Virus record (IMG/VR): IMGVR_UViG_3300025407_001324
DNA: 64,000 nucleotides
DNA from: an uncultured virus (IMG/VR IMGVR_UViG_3300025407_001324)
Taxonomy: Duplodnaviria > Heunggongvirae > Uroviricota > Caudoviricetes
Strand: one strand, 5' to 3'
Positions 27,501 to 37,800 of the stretch are shown here, piece after piece (within the stretch, counting starts at the first letter, position 1; every line of letters starts with the position of its first letter). Both the position numbers and the translations under genes were made by a program. The notes under the pieces were generated by a model. It saw only the letters and a list, made by a program, of their open reading frames with translations. It was not told the origin of the DNA and did no database searches.

Positions 27501-29903
27501 ACCAAGACCACCGTAGCCCCAAGCCCATATCGTTCCGTCAGTTTTAAGTGCAGTAACAGTATTAAATCGAGTAATTACTGAACTCCAATTGGTTAATGCA
27601 CCGACTTGTTTTGGACTAGAATAGCTAGTTGTATTAGACAGACCTAACATACCATAGTTATTATAACCCCAGGTCCAGAGAGTTCCATCAAATTTAACAG
27701 CTCCACTGGCACTGTCGGTAATACTTTCCATTTTCCAGTTACTACCTGCACCTAATTGTACAGGACTAGAGTATACTGTTTGATTGTTTGTACCCAATTG
27801 CCCTACGTTATTTTGTCCTCCCCATACCCATAAGTATCCCACTCCTGGAGCGATCGGAGCGCTGGCTGCACTTGCTGCACTGGTGCCGTTTGCATTAACT
27901 GCTTGTACTGTAAATGAGTAATAAGTGCCGGAAGTCAAGCCAGTTACTGTAATAGTGCCTGATGTTGAAGTGCTTACTGTAGCAGTAATTCCGCCGACAT
28001 TACTTGTTGTTATGTAACTACTGATTGTAGCACCATTGTTACTTGCAGGTGCAGTGTATGTTACTATTGCTGAATTGGCACTAGTTGCGGCAACATATCC
28101 AATTATTGGTGCGCAAGGTCCGTTATTAACAACTGGAGTTACTGTATTACTTGCAGCACTTGAATTGCCAGTTCCAACAGTATTAGTAGCAGTAACTGTG
28201 AATGTGTAAGAAACATTTGTTGTCAATCCCGCTACAGTAATAGTACCCGAGCTAGTTGTGCTTAGTGTAGCAGTTATATTACCAATATTGCTGCTGGCAG
28301 TATAGTACAATATTGCAGTGCCACCGTTGCTTGCTGGTGCAGTATATGCCACACTTACTGCAGTAGCATTGGCTACTGTTGCATTTCCAATTGTTGGTGC
28401 TCCTGGTACAGCCCACTCTGTAATTCCGTTACTTGCGGCACTGGCATTACTTGTTCCAACGCTATTGATGGCAGTAACTGTGAATGTATAGCTGGCACCT
28501 GATGTCAATCCAGTTATTGAGAATGTGCCCGAGCTGGATGTGCTTAATGTAGCAGTGATTCCACCAACATTGCTTGTAGCTACATAGCTAGTAATTGTAG
28601 TTCCACCGTTGTTCACTGGTGCAGTATATGTTAAGTTAGCAGTATTTGCACTTGTGGCAGTAGCTGTTCCAATAGTTGGTGCTGCAGGCACTGTCCACTC
28701 TGTAATTCCATTACTTGCTGCGCTGGCATTACTTGTAGCATATGAATTAGAAGCTTTAACTGTGAATGTATAGCTAGCACCCGATGTCAATCCAGTTACA
28801 TTAATTGTACCTGATGTAGAAGTACTTAATGTAGCAGTTATATTTCCAACATTGCTTGTAGCTACATAGTAGTTAATTGCAATGCCGCCATTGCTAATTG
28901 GTGCAGTATATGCTACATTAGCTGTATTTGCTCCTGTAGCGGTAGCAGTTACACTAGTTGGTACACCTGGTGCGGTAGCTTCTGTTAGGCTGTTACTTGC
29001 TGCACTGGCGTTACTTGTGCCAATGCTATTGGTAGCAGTAACTGTGAATGTGTAGCTGTTGCCGGTTGTTAGTCCAGTTACAGTAATTGTACCTGAGCTT
29101 GATGTGCTTAGTGTAGCAGTAATTCCGCCTACATTTGCAGTAGCAGTATAGTACAATATTGTACTTCCGCCGTTGAAAGTTGGTGCAGTATAGGATACTG
29201 CAGCAGATGTTGGTGTCAATTCACTTGCGCTGCCGATAGTCGGGGCACAAGGTTTCGCGCCAGTGGTAATAGCATTACTCTGACTGCTTGATGGGCTTGT
29301 ACCAACGCTGTTTACTGCGGCTACAGTGAATGTGTAAGAAGTTGCAACCGATAATCCAGTTACTGTAATAGTTCCAGAACCCGCTTGAGTTATTGTAGAA
29401 GTAACTCCTCCTACGTTTGCAGTTGCTACATACTTGGTAATTGTTGCACCACCATTGTTGGTTGGTGCAGTAAAGCTAACTGTTGCAGAACTACCGTCTA
29501 TGTCTGTAGCAGTTCCAATTGTTGGTGCTAATGGTACGCCTGGTACCACTGCAGATGATAGATTTGATGCAGTTGACGAATTTCCATATGAATTTGTTGC
29601 AATAATTATACAGTCCAGTGTATAACCCAAATCTGTAGTTTGTACAGTATAAGTAGAATTTGTAGCAGAATTAATATTTCCAGTTCCGCTATTGACCCAC
29701 TGATATGCATAACTAATAGTATTTGCGCTCCAAGTTCCTACGTTAGCAGTTAAAGTTTGATTAACCTGAGCTGTTCCTGTAATCGAGGGCGGTATTAAGT
29801 TACTCGGAGGGTTAGTTGCGAGAACGGCGACATTTTGGTTGGTTGCTGCAGCAGTTGAAGTTGAGCCACCTACGGATGATGATACGGATGATAGTCTGGA
29901 CAT
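18564..29903 (-). CDS. Giant 3779-aa fibre/adhesin: N-terminal Ig-like domain, about 20 FN3 domains and 5 RCC1/BLIP-II propeller blocks
   Basis: FN3 repeats PxAPTIG...YTAPxxNGG...YTFTVxAxN; RCC1 repeats AIKTDGTLWxWG.N..GQLG...YSSPKQVGALTNW. Confidence 0.9.
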   Translation of the reverse strand: MSRLSSVSSSVGGSTSTAAATNQNVAVLATNPPSNLIPPSITGTAQVNQTLTANVGTWSANTISYAYQWVNSGTGNINSATNSTYTVQTTDLGYTLDCIIIATNSYGNSSTASNLSSAVVPGVPLAPTIGTATDIDGSSATVSFTAPTNNGGATITKYVATANVGGVTSTITQAGSGTITVTGLSVATSYTFTVAAVNSVGTSPSSSQSNAITTGAKPCAPTIGSASELTPTSAAVSYTAPTFNGGSTILYYTATANVGGITATLSTSSSGTITVTGLTTGNSYTFTVTATNSIGTSNASAASNSLTEATAPGVPTSVTATATGANTANVAYTAPISNGGIAINYYVATSNVGNITATLSTSTSGTINVTGLTSGASYTFTVKASNSYATSNASAASNGITEWTVPAAPTIGTATATSANTANLTYTAPVNNGGTTITSYVATSNVGGITATLSTSSSGTFSITGLTSGASYTFTVTAINSVGTSNASAASNGITEWAVPGAPTIGNATVANATAVSVAYTAPASNGGTAILYYTASSNIGNITATLSTTSSGTITVAGLTTNVSYTFTVTATNTVGTGNSSAASNTVTPVVNNGPCAPIIGYVAATSANSAIVTYTAPASNNGATISSYITTSNVGGITATVSTSTSGTITVTGLTSGTYYSFTVQAVNANGTSAASAASAPIAPGVGYLWVWGGQNNVGQLGTNNQTVYSSPVQLGAGSNWKMESITDSASGAVKFDGTLWTWGYNNYGMLGLSNTTSYSSPKQVGALTNWSSVITRFNTVTALKTDGTIWAWGYGGLGALGLNNLTSYSSPKQVGALTNWTAISTDGYTTFAINSLGQLWVWGNNGNGQLGLNNANNYSSPKQIGTSTNWKQMSTYNASVIGLKTDGTIWSWGNNNWGQLGLNNSFQTYSSPVQVGTLTNWKQVIMNNSVGGGTKTDNTLWMWGYNGTGQLGLNNVNNYSSPKQVGLSTSWALLTPSFNVTGTFATQNDGTLWTWGYGVPAGALGLGVATSYSSPKQIGSSAGWVSIFGNGGTRIVSAVAPSVPNLTATVVGGVGVAVGVKFGNVTGAAGGITTVVTSNPGGITATLTTSSLYGTVTVTGLTLNTSYSFTAVATNAIGSSNTSAATSSVYYANTAPCVPTINSAVQVDTNTAGVTYFAPLNNGGQPILYYTATSSPGGITATLSQSGSGTITIAGLTTNVSYTFTVTATNSIGTSNASPASPNLTIVTTTVPGTPTVTATQTAANTAVVSFTQPTNGNATIQYYTIVGSSSSYTATLSQSGAGTVTVTGLATATPYTFTVTATNSVGAGTGGTSSGLTLGTPQFLWSWGCGTASGIGVSTNYSSPVQAGSALNWNMIVGSSGTQTSAGIKQDGTLWMWGYNTYGQLGLSATGTVLNITQVGALTNWKQVAVGPTETIAVKTDGTLWSWGQALNGQLGLNTSILNNYSSPKQIGAGTNWAFASMGSQHALAIQTNGTLWTWGQNNYGQLGLNNTSTYSSPKQVGALTNWLKASAAGYNVVALKTDGTLWAWGIGTSYQLGRGNTSSYISPKQVGALTTWASFANGWQFVLATKTDGTLWSWGTGSYGQLGLNSTSAASSPTQVGTGTNWSVFNPNQGENLQQYMTATKTDGTLWSWGRNYQGALGLNQSTITLYSSPKQVGSLTTWLSTDGTSALATVPAGAPSAPAVSNVAVISGVGVGVTYTVPASTNGSAIIKYIATSTPGGITATVTQATAGTITVTGLTGGATYTFTVTAVNGGGGNTSVASGNVTYTAIAPSAPAAVTANVISPNTATVSFTAPSSSGGAQILGYIVSSINSSTISSVTLAQSFPGTVTLTGLTNGTTYTFSVAAFNGSATGLATSANASVGAPGIPTIGTAVSMGTTTANVSFTAPINTGGYPITSYVATSSPGGITATLSQAGAGTITITGLSSSTYYSFAVQAVNSYGTSNVSASSNSIYTQGKPYAPIIGTATVLGNSSAVVTYCAPTFNGGFAITSYVATSSPGGITATLSQAGAGTITITGLTTNTAYTFTVQAVNSYGAGPISGSTPKVTPINSYLWTWGPGTYGSNALNNILSYSTPRQVGALSGWLQVSGSYGWNGAAIKADGTLWTWGYNVTGGLGLSNIINYSSPKQVGALTNWAQIAMTPNGVAAIKTDGTLWTWGYNSFYQLGLSNSTWYSSPKQVGALTNWKSVSMGNMAMAAVKTDGTLWTVGNNTYGGLGLGDTTYRKSPTQVGLLTNWLQVAASGYHVLGLKTDGTFWGWGAQSGWGIIGVSGTGAYSSPKQVGALTNWKTFGTTNSAAFGIKTDGTLWSWGLNSSGQLGLNNLTSYSSPKQVGSLTNWKSVTNDIGSSNNNAPSFVTAVKTDGTLWSWGAGTSGYLGLGNVTGYSSPKQIGSSTSWIMASGSMAISSSPAGPAAAPTIGAATNVTGVGVTVAYTASSSDNGSAITSYVATSTPSGITATVTQTTSGTITVTGLTTGTSYTFTVAAVTGAGLGNASASSSAVTYLANAPSAPTGVTANAISLTSATVAFTAPANGGSPILSYKLAGAPGCIAATISQATSGTFTISGLTTGTRYSFTVAATNGAGTSTNSSASSISLGVPCVPTGVTGTPTGSSTATVSYIAPASNGGTPITNYVATANVGGITATVTQASSGTITVTGLGTKASYTFTVTAINSYGTSNASTPTGTVTTFGVPCAPVICGAIPILGATSAAVIYTAPANGGSPITKYVATANVGGITATLSQAGSGTVTVSGLTNGTYYSFTLQAINIAGTSSSSSPSGAVAPGVGYLWSWGQNNYGQTGSNALVTYSSPVQIGAGSNWKMVSVGSCFSSAAIKFDGTLWTWGYNGQGNLGFSNKTNYSSPKQVGALTNWSTVVMRTNNATAIKTDGTLWTWGYNGGYDLGLGNGTYYSSPKQVGALTTWSSVDSDGSTTVAIKTDGTIWAWGQGGNGQIGVSTTANYSSPKQIGVLTNWKQVSVNDAAVFAIKTDGTLWAWGNNYTGLLGLNSQTANYSSPKQVGALTNWGQLQISGSSSGSSTGAIKTDGTLWTWGTGVNGALGLNNLTSYSSPKQVGALTNWLQLASLSQVVLGMVAIKNNGTMWSWGTNSAPGRLGLNNATSYSSPKQIGAGTTWTYVAGTMALGIATGSLPPCAPSISATNVGGVGVAITANAVVNNGSPTKVVVTSTPGGLTATFTALGGTVTITGFTSGTTYTFTPVATNSFGSTTGSNSLATYSAVLPGAPGIGLAKAITLCSATVIFGSPSNGGSPILYYTATSNPGSVTGTLSQAGSGTITVTGLTAGTRYTFTVTATNAIGTGNSSTPTTSISVGAPCAPTICTATATTTTANVPYTAPINNGGSTITSYVATSNPGGVTGTLSQAGSGTISVSGLSVGGSYTFTVVAVNSYGTSNASANSNSVSIPLTQGNLYIWGSAASGQLGLNNATAYSTPVQVGGSNTWAQTILAGNCHSFALDSAGHLWAWGLNSSGQLGLANTTNYSSPKQVGSNTWKVIAGGDAFTIGITTSGALFSWGTQSQGQLGLNTTSGTYNSPKQIGALTTWLTVSSGQYMTQALKTDGTLWFWGDGRFYGQSGLGFLGSVSSPIMVGGVNTWKSVSVNYFHVAAIQTNGTLWTWGFGGFGEGGRGVTGNTSSPQQVGSLTNWAQVASGRDHIIAVKTDGTLWSFGYGYGGVLGLGNTTSYSSPKQVGALTTWKAVAASSNGYNSYATTGTALYAWGNNGNSVLGIGNATSYSSPKQVGSATQWIGVSAGPNSAAGIHI

Positions 29904-29910
29904 AGTACAG

Positions 29911-29916
29911 TATTTA
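29911..29916 (-). promoter_or_regulatory. Late promoter core, 7 nt before the ATG
   Basis: TATTTA(T) on the + strand. Confidence 0.55.
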
Positions 29917-29952
29917 TTATTTTATTAAATATTCGGTTGTTGTGGTATAAAA

Positions 29953-32900
29953 CTATGCGTATTTGACTTGTCCCGCTAATACGGTATAAGACGGGGTAGC
30001 AGCAGTTTTAATGATAGTATAAGTGTATAAATCTATAGAATTTGAATCTCCTGATATCGGCACTAGTCCGTTATACCATTTCGGGGTAACCGAAGTACCG
30101 TCGATAGCGATTGCGCTATTGTAGTAAGCAGGTGTACCATTTGTAACTAACATTACAATTGTAACAGTATCGCCCACTGCCATAACTGAGTTAACAGTTG
30201 TTGACGAACTCCAAGATACATTAAGCGTCCAATTTGTAGTAGTGTTAGCGGTATAGTATTGTACTTCACCAGATGCAATATAATAGCTTTGTGTTGAGGA
30301 AGGTGCTCCAACTATAATATTAGCTGTTTCAACTATGTTGGTAAATTTAGCGGCTGCAGTAGTAGGGGTACCAGCAAATATTGTACTTCCTACTATTGAA
30401 ACTCCGTTACTGTAGAAAAAGCCATTTGCACTTAGGTTGCCAGCACTTACATTACCAGAGTATGTAGCAGTAGTACCAATGGTATTACCATAGTGAGTTG
30501 CTATTATATTACCAGCACTTACATTACCAGAGTATGTAGCAGTAGTACCAATGGTATTACCATAGTAAGTAGGTGCAACTAGGTTAGCAGTAGTAGAAAT
30601 ATTACCAGTGGCTGATATAGCATTAGCAGTTTCTGTGTAAGTTATTGTTTCGTAATTTACTGAAGTAACATTGCCAGTTACCGTCAAGTTGCCTTGTACT
30701 GTTAAATTACTACCAATGGTAATAGGGTTACCAGTGGCTGCCAAGTTGGACAACATTTGAATATTACCGTAAGACGATGGCAAACCAGTCAATTGACTGC
30801 CGTTACCCAAGAAATATGTACCGATTATATTGCCAGTGGTAACTAAATTGCCGCCTACATACAAATTACCTGCTATACCAGTTCCACCAGCAACTACCAA
30901 TGCACCTGTATTGGCTGACGTTGATGGTATCACTGACCCACTGGTAACAGCAACTAGACTCGAATATGGAGTGTATGCGGAGAATGGGGTTGACCCACCA
31001 TTGGTAATGGTTGTATTATTTGTACTTGAGTCAGCAAGATATATAGGTGCTGTCAGTACATTCAACAACAATGCGGTGTTTGAAATTGCAGTTAACTGAC
31101 TTGTCGGAGGAGTAAAATTACTGGTATAAACCGCTGTGCCATTGACAATTCTGAAATTGGTAATGTTACCCGACACATAGTTGCCACTGTAACTATTTCT
31201 CATTAGATACAAGGTACCGGTACCTGAGTAGTTGCTGTTATCAGTTAATGTTGCTCCAGCAACACCGTTTACATAAAGAGTAACAGTAGTGCCATTTCTT
31301 ACCACCGCACAATGTACCCAAGAGCCAGTGGCAACTAATGTCGTGGTAGTAACTTCCGCGGTGTCTTGATTATTGCTATATCTAAGTCCAGCAGTACTAA
31401 GGCCAGTTGAAATCAGTGGACCGACACTTGAACCAGATTGAGTCGTTCTGCCGTCGTAAAAAATTGTATTAGTTTGTGATGCACCGTTAAACCAAAATTC
31501 AATAGTGAAATTGTTTGTTCCGTAAACTGGATTATTTGGCGAGGTCAGATATTGGTTAGTACCGTTAAAACTCAAACTTCCGCCGAGCAACTGCGTAACA
31601 CTACTCCAAGTAGGCAAAGCAAGTGCTGTTGCTGCAAGATTGTTGGGTCCAGAATCATTTAGGAAAGTGCTGGGACTGTTGGCGTTGACCAATATCACTG
31701 TGTTTGCAACTGCAGTTAATGGACTCACTGGAGGAGTAAAGTTTGCACTGTAAAGAGCAGTACCGTTAACAATACGAACATTGTTGACATATCCACCCAT
31801 AAAAGCCTGTGGCCCAGCATAATGTTGGGCACCAACATATAAGCTGTTGTTTGATCCAATGGTACCAGAATAGGTTGCGGTCCCTTGACTTACACCATTG
31901 ACGAAGAAGTTTAGTGTTGTACCTGATCTAACTGCAGCCAAGTGATACCAAGTATTATTAGAGAATCCAGTGCCACTAATTTGGCTAGTACTTCCATTAT
32001 AATAAAATGCAAGTCCTGTTGTGCTCATAACTGTAAACTGCCAGTTACCTGCACCAGCAGCATAACTCATCATTTGATCTAATATAGTCGGCGTGGCAGA
32101 AAAATTAGTAATATATACCCAACACTCAATGGTAAAGTTGCCAGTGAGCGCAAAGTTAGGGTTAGCCGCATAACTCACATACTGACTGCTGGCTGCAGTA
32201 AGACTCATACTACCACCTGACGGATATACATTTGATGTTACTATGCCCGTGCCAATAGTTAATGCAGTTGTAGTAATATTTCCAGTTACATTTGCATTAG
32301 TTGCATTAACATTACCTGCTACGCCTACCCCACCTGCAACTACCAATGCTCCAGTCGATGTAGTTGTACTGCTTGTGGTTGTTGATATGTAAACATTACC
32401 GGTACTGGAAATCAACATAGGCTCTACATAAGTTTCTGCGCCTACTGCCCCAGTAAATGTCCAGAATTGCAATCCGCCACCTACGCTAGCTTGTATTGCA
32501 CCCCCGCCGTTGTTGTTAGCAGTCATTTGAATACCGCCACCACTGGCGTTGGCACCTGAACTGTTTAGGGTTAGAATAACTGCAGTGTCACTGGCTTTTC
32601 CAGATGTTCCGATACTAGTATTACCAGCAAAATAATTTTTACTGCCAATAACATTTAAGTTTCCGGTACGAGTAATACGCATTACTTCATTACTGGCGTT
32701 AATGCCATTGGTTGAAAATACGATGTCGTTGTTCGCTCCTGTACCTAATATTAAATTACCGCCGCCAGTCGAAGCATTTCCCCAATTGAATAGATAAGCA
32801 TCATTTGGTCCGATTAAAGTATAACCTGGATATGCATACGTGCTACTTCCAATACCTAAATCAAGGTAAGTGTCGAGTAATGTACCATTGTTTGGAGATA

Positions 32901-34779
32901 AGAAAATATCAGTGGATGCTAAACTACCACTATTGATATTTTGCCCGTTAAACACACCTGCATAGCTATTAAAATTAGCAGTACTTTGTAGTGTTGCTTG
33001 GGGCTCTGGTAAGTATCCGCTGGTAATACCTGCGTATAATGCGCCAAACCCTGCAGTATTTCCATAGTATACGCCACTATTACCATAGAATACACTTACA
33101 TTAGCAGTCGATAGATTAATATTACCGCCAACATATAAATTACCAGCGATATATGCACCACCTTGTGTTACTTGCAATGCACCTGTATTGATACCTGTAT
33201 TTTGTGAGGTATTTGATGTGATAATCTGTTGAGTAGTAGTGCCGGTGAATGATCCAGCATTACCTTGTGCTCCAGATGGTCCTTGTGGTCCCTGAGGTCC
33301 GGTTAATCCGCTAGGCCCTGATGGTCCTTGTGGTCCACTTGTGATTATGCTTGTACCGTTGCTATAAAAATAATTTGATGCAAAAATATTACCTGAGCGT
33401 AGATTACCAGAAATACCAACACCACCTGCAACTACCAATGCACCAGTTGTAGTGTTACTGCTGATTACAGTAGAATTAATTTTAACGAATCCGTTGGCAG
33501 TACCGCCTGGAGTCACTCTCATTACTTCATTTGAGTAATCGTCTCCTCCAGTTGCAAAAATAATTGCTGCGTTTGCTCCACGAGAATTTATTACTAGGTT
33601 TCCGCCAACTCCAGAAGCAGAAGCCACAGTATAAAAATAACCATCATTGGACTGTACTAGCCCGTGCCCTGACTGACTGAAATTGCTGGATGCAACACCA
33701 AAACTGGCCAAACTAGTACACCCATTACTACTGTCAGCGAATGCAGTATAACTAGTGGTAGCTGCATTTCCGTTGTTAGAATTCTGAGCAGGCACTTGAA
33801 AATTTGAATTTATATACGCACCAGATTGTAGTGGTGCATTATTCAAAGTAAAGTTTAATGGTACTCCTACTACGAAATTGGCGCCAGGGCTGAGTTTGAT
33901 ACTGCTTTGGGCTGTTATATTAGCGGAAACTAAATTAACGCCTACATATAAGTTTCCACCAATACCGGCTCCGCCTGCCACTTGTAATGCACCTGTATTA
34001 GTAGTAATTGCCGGTGTTGTATTTGATGTTATAATCTGTTGAGTTGTAGTTCCTGAAAATACGCCAGTGGGTCCTTGCGGGCCTTGTGGACCTTGTACGC
34101 CAGTTGGTCCTTGTACACCAGTCGGTCCTTGTGCTCCTGTGTTACCAGTAATACCCTGTGGTCCTTGTGGTCCTTGTACACCAGTCGGTCCTTGTGCTCC
34201 TGTGTTACCAGTAATACCCTGTGGTCCTTGTGGTCCTTGTACACCAGTCGGTCCTTGTGCTCCAGTTGGGCCTTGTGGTCCTTGTGCTCCAATTGGTCCT
34301 TGTACACCAGTCGGTCCTTGTGCTCCTGTGTTACCAGTAATACCCTGTGGTCCTTGTGGTCCTTGTGCTCCAATTGGTCCTTGTACACCAGTCGGTCCTT
34401 GTCCTCCAGTTGGGCCTTGTGGTCCTTGTGCTCCAGTTGGTCCTTGTGGACCTTGTGCTCCAATTGGTCCTTGTGCTCCAGTTGGTCCTTGTGCTCCAGT
34501 TGGTCCTTGTGGACCACTGGCTAAAATACTTGCACCGTTACTGTAAAAATATCCGCCTGCTAGTACATTACCGCTGGCAATATTACCACTGATATTGGCA
34601 GTTGTGGCACTAAGTGTAGTAAAAGCTCCGGTGCTCGGTGTAGAATTTCCAACAGGAATATTATTAATTGCGCCTTGTGCTTGTAATTGCCAAGCGGTGC
34701 CTGTCCATACCCAAGTTCTTGTACCAAGTGTATAAGTTTGATTTAGTGCAGGGGATGAAGGGAAATTTAAGGAAGTCAT
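29953..34779 (-). CDS. Collagen-like fibre protein with two LamG/ConA-like domains
   Basis: About 50 Gly-X-Y triplets; two domains with NFTIE(C/F)W...W(Y/V)HxAxVR(S/N)GT...(F/Y)VNG...RIVNGTA; N-terminal FPSSP...WxW module. Confidence 0.88.
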   Translation of the reverse strand: MTSLNFPSSPALNQTYTLGTRTWVWTGTAWQLQAQGAINNIPVGNSTPSTGAFTTLSATTANISGNIASGNVLAGGYFYSNGASILASGPQGPTGAQGPTGAQGPIGAQGPQGPTGAQGPQGPTGGQGPTGVQGPIGAQGPQGPQGITGNTGAQGPTGVQGPIGAQGPQGPTGAQGPTGVQGPQGPQGITGNTGAQGPTGVQGPQGPQGITGNTGAQGPTGVQGPTGVQGPQGPQGPTGVFSGTTTQQIITSNTTPAITTNTGALQVAGGAGIGGNLYVGVNLVSANITAQSSIKLSPGANFVVGVPLNFTLNNAPLQSGAYINSNFQVPAQNSNNGNAATTSYTAFADSSNGCTSLASFGVASSNFSQSGHGLVQSNDGYFYTVASASGVGGNLVINSRGANAAIIFATGGDDYSNEVMRVTPGGTANGFVKINSTVISSNTTTGALVVAGGVGISGNLRSGNIFASNYFYSNGTSIITSGPQGPSGPSGLTGPQGPQGPSGAQGNAGSFTGTTTQQIITSNTSQNTGINTGALQVTQGGAYIAGNLYVGGNINLSTANVSVFYGNSGVYYGNTAGFGALYAGITSGYLPEPQATLQSTANFNSYAGVFNGQNINSGSLASTDIFLSPNNGTLLDTYLDLGIGSSTYAYPGYTLIGPNDAYLFNWGNASTGGGNLILGTGANNDIVFSTNGINASNEVMRITRTGNLNVIGSKNYFAGNTSIGTSGKASDTAVILTLNSSGANASGGGIQMTANNNGGGAIQASVGGGLQFWTFTGAVGAETYVEPMLISSTGNVYISTTTSSTTTSTGALVVAGGVGVAGNVNATNANVTGNITTTALTIGTGIVTSNVYPSGGSMSLTAASSQYVSYAANPNFALTGNFTIECWVYITNFSATPTILDQMMSYAAGAGNWQFTVMSTTGLAFYYNGSTSQISGTGFSNNTWYHLAAVRSGTTLNFFVNGVSQGTATYSGTIGSNNSLYVGAQHYAGPQAFMGGYVNNVRIVNGTALYSANFTPPVSPLTAVANTVILVNANSPSTFLNDSGPNNLAATALALPTWSSVTQLLGGSLSFNGTNQYLTSPNNPVYGTNNFTIEFWFNGASQTNTIFYDGRTTQSGSSVGPLISTGLSTAGLRYSNNQDTAEVTTTTLVATGSWVHCAVVRNGTTVTLYVNGVAGATLTDNSNYSGTGTLYLMRNSYSGNYVSGNITNFRIVNGTAVYTSNFTPPTSQLTAISNTALLLNVLTAPIYLADSSTNNTTITNGGSTPFSAYTPYSSLVAVTSGSVIPSTSANTGALVVAGGTGIAGNLYVGGNLVTTGNIIGTYFLGNGSQLTGLPSSYGNIQMLSNLAATGNPITIGSNLTVQGNLTVTGNVTSVNYETITYTETANAISATGNISTTANLVAPTYYGNTIGTTATYSGNVSAGNIIATHYGNTIGTTATYSGNVSAGNLSANGFFYSNGVSIVGSTIFAGTPTTAAAKFTNIVETANIIVGAPSSTQSYYIASGEVQYYTANTTTNWTLNVSWSSSTTVNSVMAVGDTVTIVMLVTNGTPAYYNSAIAIDGTSVTPKWYNGLVPISGDSNSIDLYTYTIIKTAATPSYTVLAGQVKYA
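34065..34515 (-). repeat. Collagen Gly-X-Y coding repeat
   Basis: 9-bp periodic ggtccttgt/ccagttgg units encoding [12 protein letters not shown]. Confidence 0.9.
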
Positions 34780-34783
34780 ATGT

Positions 34784-34789
34784 TATTTA
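34784..34789 (-). promoter_or_regulatory. Late promoter core, 4 nt before the ATG
   Basis: TATTTA on the + strand. Confidence 0.5.
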
Positions 34790-34817
34790 ATCTTATAAGG
34801 AGTTGGTGTATCTGCCA

Positions 34818-37800
34818 TTATACATTATTAACCGGCGATATTGATATTAATGCGCTTGGACTTGCTGGCATTGTCACTGAATATGAATTTGCTGGGATAG
34901 CATATAACGATGCTAATGTATTAGATGATGTAGCCCAATATAATTCAATATAATCTGTGTTTGTAGTAGTTGTTACAAAAAAATCACCATTTAGTATTCC
35001 ATTTTGTGCAACTGCTGAACCAGAAAACTTGACTTGCGAATATGCAATATCTGTACCATTTTTTCTTATCCAAATATATACATTAGGTGCTCCACCGGTA
35101 TTAAGAATATTTACTTGATATTTAACTCTGTATGTGTCTGGTTTGCTTATAATTACGTGACTATTACTTGCACCAGTACCTAATTGTATTCCTGAATTTG
35201 CTAATGCGGTTGAGAATAAAATAGGATTTCCAGTATTTGATGCGCTTGCTGATATATTTGCAACATTTGCAAATGATCCATATACTTGATTAGTAACTGT
35301 GACATTACCGGCAATGTTAATATTACCTGTAACAGATAAGTCACCATTAATTGTAGCACCATTACCAATAAAGTTTTGACCTGTAATATTACCAGTGCTG
35401 GTAATATTAGTTGCAAATATATTGCCATGAAAATTAGTAACACGATTTATTACCACATTACCAGAATCTCCACTGATGTTACCGATGGTAATATCTACAT
35501 TGGGTGTTAGTGTTAGTATACTGTTGTTGTTAAAATACAAATTGCCGTTGGTCAATCCACTTGCACCATTCAAGAACAACACATTGTTGGTGGCGGTCAA
35601 TGATATTGTGGAACCGGTAACAGTATCTGTTAAGTACAAACTTCCAGGACCGATATAAACATTGGCCCATTTGTATGAAGGGCTTCCTAATGCGTAGTAA
35701 TTATTTACAGTTGGTGTGATGTTTCCAGCGATAGAAATATTACTCAATGTGGTTAGACCACTTACTGTTAGTGCATTTGCTGAGATTACTGGTGCAGTAA
35801 CTGTGGATCCGTTGAATGTAAAATTGTTGGAGCCGGCAATTGCACCAGCACTATTATATAAAATTTGACTGTTGGTGCTGGTATTGTTTAGATTGGCATA
35901 GCTTAGACTATTGTAACTGTAGCTGTTTTGTGCTTCTAGTTCCACCCAAACATTACCACTCGAGCCAGTTATATAAGTATACTCCACGCCTGATCCAGTG
36001 TCAACCCATACACTACCTGCAACTGGATTTGCGGGAGGTGCATTGTTTACTGTAACTGATGGTAAGCCCGAAAGTTGACTGCCGTTGCCCAAGAAATATG
36101 TACTGGTAACATTGCCGCTACTGGTCAAATTACCTAGTTTCAAACTGTCGTAAATTACATTTGCATCAGTTAGATTAACTACACTGCCACTGGGTTCTGC
36201 AACATTGCTGAACAAATACCAATTATTATCTACATAATTTCTAACTAGTCCAGTATGTGCATAAACATTGGATGGGCCACCAACAAAGTGACTGTAAAAA
36301 CCAATATCATAATTGTAAGGATATACTACATTGGAAGTCAAGTACAATAACGGTGCAGATACGCTTAATGTTGTTGTATTAACGGTAGTTAAGTTATTGG
36401 TAAAAATTGTACCGCCGACCCAAAGATCTTTAGTAATACTTGCTCCGCCTAATACTACAGCACTACCCGTGCCAACACCAGTGCTGTTGGTTGTGCCTGA
36501 CACTGTTAGACTTGATAAGCTGCCAAGACTGGTGATATTAGGTTGTGCATTTCCGTAGACTGTACCTGCAGATGCTGCATTGGCTACTTGTCCAGTTACA
36601 TTGGCTCCAGTGAGATTAGTTAAGTAAGCCCCACTGCCAGTGTGATTTGTAGCAGATACTGTACCAGTTATTGTTAATGTTGATGTAGCATTATTCCAAA
36701 TAAAATTACTGCTGGCTCCTGCTGAATTAGCATTGTTAAAAATAACTTGTGTATTTGCTCCAGCCACTGGACCAGTTGGGCCTTGTGGTCCTTGTGCTCC
36801 TTGCGGACCTGTAGGTCCACTGGCTAAAATACTTGCACCATTACTGTAAAAATATCCGCCTGCCAGTACATTACCAGCATTCAAATTACCAGCAATTCCC
36901 GCTCCACCAGCAACTACTAATGCACCTGATGCAGTATTACCACTTGCCACTGTTGATTTTACATTAACAAATCCACAAGAAGTACCGCCTGGAGTCACTC
37001 GCATTACTTCATTTGAGTAATCGTCTCCTCCAGTTGCAAAAATAACCGATGCATTTGCGCCGCAAGAGTTTATTACAATATTGCCGCCTTGCCCAGTTGC
37101 AGAAGCTACCGTATAAAAATAACCATCGTTAGCTTGTACTAGCCCGTGCCCTGCTTGGTTAAACGAACTAGATGCGATACCAAATGTAACTAAACTGGTA
37201 CAACCGTCACTGTTGTCTGCAAATGCAGCATAACAAGTAGTAGCGCCTGGATTATTACTTCTGTTTTGGATTGCAACTTCAAAATAAGCATTGTAATGCC
37301 CACTGGCTTGTATTGGTGCATTATACGGAATAAAGTTTAATGATTGCCCAGCAACAATATTACCGCCAACGTGCAGATCTCCGCCAATACCACCACCGCC
37401 CGTAACTATTAATGCACCTGTTGTGGTACTGGTTGCAGGTGTGGTGTTTGTTGTAATAATTTGTTGTGTAGTAGTCCCTGAGAATGTTCCAACATTACCT
37501 TGTGCGCCAGTTGGTCCTTGTGCGCCGGTTGGTCCTTGTACACCTGTAGGGCCTTGTGGGCCGGTATTTCCAATTGGTCCAGTTGGCCCTTGTGCGCCAG
37601 TTGGTCCTTGTACACCAGTTGGTCCTTGTACACCTGTAGGGCCTTGTGGGCCGGTATTTCCAATTGGGCCTTGTGGTCCTTGTACACCTGTAGGGCCTTG
37701 TGCGCCGGTTGGTCCTTGTACACCTGTAGGGCCTTGTGGGCCGGTATTTCCAATTGGTCCAGTTGGCCCTTGTACACCTGTAGGGCCTTGTGCGCCGGTT

